DNA of 63,803 bases, filler included, from Octopus bimaculoides (lineage: Eukaryota), in NCBI RefSeq assembly GCF_001194135.2. It is 5 parts of 5 records of this genome, joined end to end, with 100 filler letters (N's around TTAATTAATTAA, not from the genome) between each part and the next. Parts side by side here need not be neighbours in the genome. Positions count along the whole stretch, not along the records: positions 47,503 to 62,576 come from NC_068982.1; positions 62,677 to 63,803 come from NC_068999.1; 3 more parts are not named here. One strand, given 5' to 3'. Below, in pieces: positions 55,765 through 63,803 of the stretch. The notes below the pieces were generated by a model. The model worked only from the letters and a program-made list of their open reading frames with translations. It did not search any database and was not told the DNA's origin. Within the stretch, counting starts at the first letter, position 1. Every line of letters starts with the position of its first letter. The translations under genes and the position numbers were made by a program.

Positions 55765-55852
55765 GAAATTTACAGAAAAACAAAAGTCGAAGACAGGTGT
55801 ATAAAAACAAACAGGTGTATTAGTTTAACGCTCGGGAAGGTGAGAAAGTCTT
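55765..55852 (+). repeat. Fragment of dispersed repeat family F
   Basis: Matches 41103-41160 and extends further. Confidence 0.6.
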
Positions 55853-56708
55853 TGTATATATGAAATTATATGATCAGTAATATTATGTATGTGTGTAAGA
55901 ATGCCTCTCTTTGAGCGCTATAGTTTGTTTCTGTAATTCTGTAACATATTTTATGTTTATTAATCTATAGTTTTGTAATTTGCTTTATACCTGTATATTG
56001 TTTTGCTAAAGATTGCATGTGTGTATCTGGGACTCAATCTATGTCTGTATGTGTGTGTGAACATTGGTTACCATTTACAAAGCACGTCTGACCTTTCAAA
56101 GCACGTTTGATAACTGCTGTTCAACAAAATGATAAGTACCTGATTTGTGAAAGCATTAATGTAAATGGTGTAAGTGAAAATATAAATATTGATAAGAATA
56201 GTCTGCTACAAATAAACTGATAAGGAATAACGTCTCTGAAAGAAATTGTTTTAGCTTTAGAATCCGAAAAATATAATGATATATTACGTTGCAAGAATAA
56301 CAAGGTAAACATTTCAAATAGTGGAACCGATGCTGTGAAAATTTTGAGGCTAAAATTTTCGCTGGAGGGCTCAACACAAAACGTTAGACGTCTCTTCATT
56401 CATCGAAATAAAATGCTTTCCATTGTTTGAATTATTTGCATTACTTTTTGTGTTTGCTTTGTCTTAAATGTCAATTTTCAAAACAAACAGAGTTTCATTT
56501 GTGTCCTGTTTTTAATCACCAGGTTTATTTGGTAATCTGGAAGAATATCAGGAAACGTCCATGAAATTCGTCAACTGAAACCCTCCCAAACAAATATGTA
56601 TATATAACGAATTAGTAGTATTTAATATTTATAAAGATGTTTAACCATTAACTGTTTCATAGAATGCCCGCATTTTCCAATAACTTTTGAAATATATTCG
56701 GTATATAT

Positions 56709-56796
<88 letters not shown>

Positions 56797-58989
56797 TTTA
56801 ATCCGCGCTTTTAATATTGTTTATAAAGTAAATCAATATTTATCTTATTCTATTGATTATATATAACTCCAGATCTTTAAGATCTTGGACGACATCATTC
56901 AATGCTTCCTTCCTGTATTAAAAAAAGGTAGTTTAATCTAATGGGTTTAAGTAGCTATATTAAGGCTAGTTGTTATTGGTGATTCTTATCTCATTTTAAC
57001 CCTGATACTCTATAGTTATGAACACATTCATCCCAATCGTAATCCGTTTTTGTCAATCTAAGACTCGGCCTGTGCAAATGGTAAATGGAATTAAGCAGCC
57101 AGTTGGTATATTTCTAATATTCAGCAGAAATGATTTCTCGACAGTGAAAGGAAAAGAAAGTTCCTTTGGAAAAAAAAACACTTTTTTTCTAAAAATTGAT
57201 TTCTTTGTTTATTCAATCCGGTTTCTCTCAAAACGTTGTGTATACTATATGTATACGCATGTTTAGCTACAATCCATGCATAATTTATATGTATTTAGTA
57301 GAGAATTAATAAAGCATCAAATGAATAGTTTGAAATCTCAATTTCGTTGTTGAACAGTTTGAAATTTCAAATCTAGACCGGGAAGATATTAGTTGAAATG
57401 ACATTTATGTCCGGCATCGAGCTTTCGTTTTACAAGTATTCTTTAAAACGGAACAGTTAAGTGCAGCGAAATTTATTACTCTTTCTAGCCGGCCAAATTA
57501 CCCAACATAGACTTTCACGTTATTTATTAAGTAGTAAATGAAATTTTGATGAACGAATAATTCTTTCTTTATGTTTCTTCTGCAAATTCATGGATAACAT
57601 TGTTTTACATATCGCCCGAAGTATGTATCGTACGGTTAAAATAAAGTCTAAGTTAGCTGTCTTAGTAATTTTGCTGTCAAATATCATATCAGTTATTTCT
57701 CTTTGACAAGCAGATTCTGCTGGGTAAATTATGAAAGTAAATTTATAAGAAATTAGAACAATTTAGTGATTTACAATGCGACAGAGTATAATAACCTAAA
57801 GACGAAACAGTAATCGCACGTATGATGATCGACTCTATATAATGCTGTGTAGCACAGCCACATGATATAACGTTTGAAAAATTACGATGATATTTATGTT
57901 AGTATTTGTTCAACACGTATTTTACTGATTCTGGGAGTTGTGAGGCTAAATCGTTTTTGATGTAGTTTAAACATGAGACAGAAAGAAAATGTGTGCGCTA
58001 TTTTATCCATTCTGTTAATCCACTACTTCATTTTCCCACTATACGAGAATACTATCCAACTGATTTAGTTTTGGATATTCAAGTTGTTTTTGTTAAAATG
58101 CAAATTGGATTAAAGTTAAATAACTTTTGGTCTTCTATTTTAAAATTCTATTGATTTATATATTATGTTTTATTTTAATTCGTTTTTGAGATTCCGTCAA
58201 ATAATACCATCTTTTGTATAACAACGTTGAAATATGAAATGTCACGCATATATACAATTACCGAAAGACACAGGACAAATTCTGCTTTAGAAATTGGAAT
58301 TCAGCATTGAATAGAGTATTATTCTCGTCATTCAGCTGTGTCCACTTTTAGTGAAAACAGGAAATTTTAACATCGACAATTCTCTTCAAGTTGGTCAGTG
58401 GCTTCATTAATTAATTGAGGCTGCTTAAAATGTAGGATAAGGATTCGACTCTAGTAATGAAACTAAATTTACAATATTCTTTGCGTGTGAGAATATTTAT
58501 CCTACATCCAGGGACTTTCCTTTATTTCAAACTAGAAAACATACTGCCCATCAAACTGAAGGAATAGGAACTACTGATCGTCTCCATTTTCAGCAGTAAG
58601 CGTTTTCATATAGATGATCATTTCTTTTACCGTGAAATATTAAACAAATAACTTTTTTTCAGCTTATTGTGCTTAGAGACAAAAAAGTTCCACAATAATC
58701 CGTTTCAATAAAACACTATTGTCCCTGAAAGTTGTTTTATATGTTTATTAAGGATTGCTTGAAGATAACTTTCTTCCTACCCCTCAATCCCTATATAAGT
58801 AATTAAGTCTATGTCCGGTTAATGAGCGACCAATGCTTTTATATCCACAAAAAGTTTAAACCCATGGACGTCTCGTCAAATCTAAACCCGAAAACAAATA
58901 TAAATATTCACATCTGAGACGTAAATAGTCCCTTAGACCAATTTTTGACGAGCAAAAGAAGTGGGGCAAGGGATTCTCTGTATGAGCTT

Positions 58990-59830
58990 GTTTTAGATCG
59001 TGAGGACTCTTCCGGGTCTAATTGGAGTATGAGGAATCCCATGCTTGCAGCAGATACCGTTTGAAATGGATGAAAAGACTAATAGCATCAACATCACGGC
59101 CAAGGATGACCACCACAACGATGACAGCCGCAGTGATATCGCCTGACCTACGTTTCGTAATGATAATAGCACTGATGGCAGCTCCAATTACACCAGCGGC
59201 AACAACAAGATATTCGGGCCAGGAGTCAAGCGAAGATGCGCCAGTGATGTGAGCACAACCAGTACCCAAGCCTGGAAATATATCGGGTCAGCCGTGACGA
59301 CAATCAAGCGACGCCTGTACAAGCCCAGGTCCTTTCTCTTCGAGGATTCCGGAAAGACGATTAATCACAACACTGCCCCGTCACGTGTGGTGCCTCCAAG
59401 ATGAAGGGACTACATACGATATCAAGTGGGGAATCTTAGAGCGACCGGGAGCCTTCATTAACAAGAGCGAACACTCTAAGCTCTGTATAGCTGAACGAGT
59501 AAGGATACTCAAATACTCCCTGAAACCTGCATCGCTGAACACTCATCAGGAAATATATAGTCATAAAGGTCTGAAATCACCCCAAGGAAAAAATCGCCTG
59601 TTGCCCCTATTTTAGCCTACAAAATGCGTGCGCCTACAAAAACTAGTCTAAGGGACACAACCCATCCACATTGATCCCGGACTATTCAGTCTTTGGTTAC
59701 TTACTGACCAAATGACTGTAACGGATAACTGCCTCTAAGAGGCGAAGAGTTACATTTGTTTCCTGCTTTAGAGTTTGCGAGACGTCCTTTGTAGATACGA
59801 AACCACTGGTCTCTGTATGACCGGATATTG
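58990..59830 (+). mobile_element. Second Penelope-like element: GIY-YIG C-terminus and 3' UTR, degenerate
   Basis: KYIGSAVTTIKRRLYK, VWCLQDEGTTYDIKWGILER, SKLCIAERVRIL..SLNTHQEIYS resemble the PLE endonuclease pattern YIG.T...K.R, W.LK....Y.I.W.I, C.LC..EK..I, LN.R.E. Confidence 0.75.
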
Positions 59831-59937
59831 AGTTAACAACTTATATATATCAGCGACCTTTAGTTTATTATTTACATTATTTACATTCGGTGAAAGTTGT
59901 TTTTGTTAAAATGCAAATTGGATTAAAGTTAAATAAC

Positions 59938-60053
59938 AGACATATGGCGTAGTGGTTAAGAGCGCGGGCTACTAACTTCATGATTCCGAGTTCGATTTCA
60001 AGCAATGACCTGAACAATAATAATAATAATAATAATAATAATATTAATGATAC

Positions 60054-60086
<33 letters not shown>

Positions 60087-60263
60087 CAACAACAACGAAT
60101 AATACCTTAAAAATGAGAACCCAGGTTGGAAATTTCCTCAAGACACCTGAAGAAGGCTTGAGGGTATATCAGCCGAAACGTTGTGTTAACAAACAAAATG
60201 AGGACAAATATCCGTCGAATATAAATAATGTAAATAATTCCTCATCTCTTAAATAAAGAACTG
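59938..60263 (+). mobile_element. SINE family H: tRNA-like head, (AAT)n spacer and hammerhead tail
   Basis: A box tggcgtagtgg and B box gttcgatttc; tail matches 48010-48199; lies inside a 13-bp TSD. Confidence 0.9.
60142..60187 (+). ncRNA. Minimal type I hammerhead ribozyme
   Basis: Stem I gacac(60142-46)/gugtt(60183-87); core CUGAAGA (60147-53) plus one extra A; stem II ggcuug/ucagcc with one mismatch; GAAA; palindromic AACGUU mini stem III with an NUH (GUU) site. Confidence 0.8.
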
Positions 60264-60429
60264 GACCTTTAGTTTAGTTAAAATACTTTTGACATATTTC
60301 AACTTCTAAAGGCACTGCAGTTACCGTGGAGAAAGATTCTCTTTTATGGTAAAAGGTGAAACTGCAGTGATTTCGCCTTTGTAAATTGAAATAAGTCACA
60401 AACATAAAGTTTATTTGTACCTAAACACA

Positions 60430-60664
60430 CTTTATTTCTTTATTGCCCACAGGGGGCTAAACATAGAGGAGACAAACAGGGACAGGCAAAGGGATTAAGC
60501 CGATTACATCGATTCCAGTGCGTAAATGGTACTTATTTAATGGACTCCGAAAGGATGAAAAGTAAAGTCGAACTCGGCAGAATTCGAACTCAGAACGTAA
60601 CGGCAGATGAAACACTGCTAAACATTTCGTCCGGCGTGCTAACGATTCTGCCAGCTCGCCGCCC
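60430..60664 (-). mobile_element. SINE family A, alternative-tail subfamily, with TSD
   Basis: Head identical in type to 38733; tail gcccacagggggctaaacatag differs from other copies; direct repeat cctaaacaca at 60420-60429 and 60663-60672. Confidence 0.9.
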
Positions 60665-62620
60665 TAAACACATATATATACTATTGGTTCGAATAATCTA
60701 TTTTAACAATTAGAAGTTTGTTGGCGTTGTCGATTTTACTTAGTTCTATAGGCGTAATATATTTACATACTTTTACAGGAATGGTGTCGTTTTAAGAATA
60801 TAAGTCAAAACAATTATATACCGTGCACGTGAGTTTTGGCATAAGTTAACCTATGGGATTATATATAATGTTGATTGGTATGCAATAAAACTAAACTATC
60901 AACGTAATAACTCACTCGATGTACGCTATAATAAGAATATATTGATTTTCAGTTTCCCTACACTCAATATTTAAATTTGCACTAAAGAAGGCGAATTCCC
61001 TTTCGTCAATGATATTTACAATGTATTTCAAACACACTTTTTGTTCGATTTGTAAACAATAAGAGTATATCAAAATAGTCATAGAAGTTTAGAACACAAA
61101 TTAAGCCCGTTTATGTTCAATTCACTCAACTATATGCTATTAAGTAAATGCTTTTTCCTTTCTGTACGTTTTCTTCAAGAGTAATCTTAGGTGATATATT
61201 ATTATCATCACTGTTTAGCAATTGAATAAAATTCCTCTTGAAACATTAATTATATTTAATGTATTGAAATAGAAATATATTCATGACAACCAACGGAGAT
61301 TAATATCTTAGGGGTGAAAATTTAGACATTTTGAGCAAATTAATTTTAAAGGTGGGCTATTTTTTCCTTGAACATGTCAGTTATTGAAATATAATTATAT
61401 CATAGAATCAATATTATACAATTTCTCTTAATTATTTTTATAACTTCAACAAAGTGCTTACAATACACACAACAACGTTTGTCTTGATTTCTTTTTTTTC
61501 GGAACATACATAAGACTGAAGCTTTCTATAATTCTTTCAGTTTGTAGGTTATTTAATATCTAATTGAATTTGAAGTTAGGAATTTTATGTTATCGCACTA
61601 ATAGCTATACGTAAACTATTTATTAAATTTATTGATTAAAAGCTTCGCATACATCACAGTTATAACTTATTCAAGTCTAACATTCTAAAACATAGCTCAA
61701 AATTAATGAAAAAAGTACTCCAAAAGGTATTACTAATTTATTGCTAAACTGTATAAATTTGCCATGTAACCTAGGAAATATCGAAAACCATAATAAGAAA
61801 ATAACTTATACAATAAACATTCAAATACGATATACAGCAGGACAAATATATTAGCAAACTCAATAAGAAATATTTTAACAGTTAACAGGTTTGATCCAAG
61901 AATGTCATCACCACTCAAAATTATAAACAATATCTTAACAATTTTAACATCAATTAGTGTCTATTGCAATCGCCACAAAAATGAGTGAGTTAATTTATTA
62001 AGATATATAAGGGATATCTGAGAAACACACAAAATGAAACGAGTAGTAGATGCAAGGATCAATTTCTATACAAAATATAATAAATATTTCAGTTAAGGAA
62101 GCTAATTATAAAGCTATCATGAGAGGGAGAGGAAATAGGATTAATGATGTCTAGAAGAGGCACAGGATCATACATTTTAAGGAGTGCTTATAGTCTATAA
62201 AATCGACCCTAGGATTTGACAGTTACTTATTTCTTCGACTGTAGGCGATGAAAAGCAAAATCGGCCTGCCATGCTATTTGAATTGTGGTGCGATGCCCCA
62301 ACCTTATAATCGCACATTTTCCTTTACTTACAGTTTGTCTGGACTCTCTTTTGTTCGATTAAACTGAACGCAAATTCTAATATTTCGTCGCGTCAATTCT
62401 ATCTGCTTGGATTTTGCCTACTGTGTTTACTGATGGAGTGTATTTGATTTCTTAAATATCTTTCTACTCAATATATCCACACACACACACACACACACAC
62501 ACATGCATTGTGATAGATAGATAGATAGATATCTTTTTATTATAGGCACACAGGGCAAAATACAGAAAATGGACAANNNNNNNNNNNNNNNNNNNNNNNN
62601 NNNNNNNNNNNNNNNNNNNN

Positions 62621-62632
62621 TTAATTAATTAA
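62621..62632. other. Assembly spacer TTAATTAATTAA inside an N gap
   Basis: Same 12-mer centred in N. Confidence 0.95.
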
Positions 62633-63535
62633 NNNNNNNNNNNNNNNNNNNNNNNNNNNNNNNNNNNNNNNNNNNNTATATATATATTTATATACATATA
62701 TATTTATATACATACATATACATATACGTATGTACGTATGTGTGTTTGTGTGTGCATGTCTCTCTCTCTATATGAATATATATGTGTATGTGTGTGTTAG
62801 TGTTTCTATGTATGTGCGTGTACGTATGTATGATTGTGTATATATGGTCAACCTTTTGTCTCCCTCTATCTTTCTCTCCCTATCCTCTCAGTGTCAATAC
62901 GCTTTATTGTGTACTGACGGACACATCTGGTCAGTGAAATAGCCAAACCATTCATCACTTTTTCAGTGACGTAAGAAAGATTGATCGATGAATTTCATCA
63001 AATCAGGTAAATAACATTCTTCGATTGGCTGATTAACTGATTGATTGATTAACTGATTGACTGAGATAAATATCATATTCTTTGATTGATTACTTCAGTG
63101 ATGGACCAATTCATCGACTGAGATAAAAAAATACATTCAATGACTGACTGACAAATACATCTATTGAGATTAATGACATATTGATTGATAAAGTGAGTGA
63201 TTGAATTGAGTAAAGTGATTTAGTTTTTTAGATTTTAAATGCTAGTTCTTCCTTCGCTGTATCCAGCGCTGGTGATGTTGAGTTTAAATAGGTACAATAT
63301 TAAGATACAGATGTGTGGGTGTGTATGTATGTATGTGTGTGTGTGTGTGTGCATAGGGAGTACTTTCTTTTTATGTTGGGAGGTAGCACTGAAGTTAACT
63401 ACCATCTCACAGGAGTGTATTTAAGAGAGAAAAAAATGCGAAACCTAGTAACTTATGTGGGTATAATTATTCATAAAAGCTCGAATAAAACTTAAACGAA
63501 GCCGAGTTTTATAGTCACAGAAATATAAATAAATG

Positions 63536-63635
63536 GGTGGTAAGAAGCTTGCTTCCCAACCACGTGGTTTCGAGTTCCCACTGCGTGGCATCTTGGGCAA
63601 GTGTATTCTGCCATAGCTAAAAGAAGCCCGTCGTA
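63536..63635 (+). mobile_element. SINE family B head, internally deleted
   Basis: gtggtaagaagcttgcttcccaaccacgtggtttcgagttcccactgcgtggc..gaagcccgtcg; shorter than the 27560 copy. Confidence 0.8.
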
Positions 63636-63803
63636 CATACATACATACATACATACATACATACATACATACATACATACATACATGCATACATACATAC
63701 ATACATATATATAAATATATATATAGAGAGAGATATACATACATACATGTGTGCGTGTGTATTGTGTGTGTCTTGGTGGTGTCTGTGTTTGTCCCTCACC
63801 ACT

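Noticed and set aside
56119-56430. Protein-looking open frames on both strands
   Set aside because: The plus frame has tandem stops; no recognisable domain or splice pair; AT-rich composition explains it.
63020-63230. Repeated tgattga/gactga motifs as a regulatory array
   Set aside because: Best explained as a decayed tetranucleotide microsatellite.

Overview
AT-rich, repeat-dense eukaryotic DNA from a short-read draft assembly with many N gaps. Most gaps are flanked by microsatellites, and four carry an artificial TTAATTAATTAA spacer. The SINE-like families look like those I remember from Octopus genomes (inference, not a database result). I find no confidently supported host protein-coding exon; nearly all listed ORFs are microsatellite or N artefacts. 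The window is intergenic or intronic DNA filled with decayed mobile elements: two Penelope-like elements (PLEs), four fragments of restriction-like-endonuclease (R4/Dong-type) LINEs, CR1, probable RTE and L1/Tx1 fragments, two mariner fragments, a Tc1/mariner MITE, a hAT MITE and several tRNA-derived SINE families. The most notable item is a short element made of a tRNA-like Pol III head, an (AAT)n spacer and a minimal type I hammerhead-ribozyme tail. It is present twice (about 47.9-48.2 kb and 59.9-60.3 kb), and both copies show PLE-style inverted or partially duplicated ends, suggesting a ribozyme-bearing SINE mobilised by a PLE. Also notable are a ~400-bp palindrome with strand-biased transitions (44.2-44.6 kb) and a CpG-rich candidate promoter near 1.8-2.2 kb. 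TE boundaries are approximate unless TSDs or TIRs are quoted; all alignments were done by eye.
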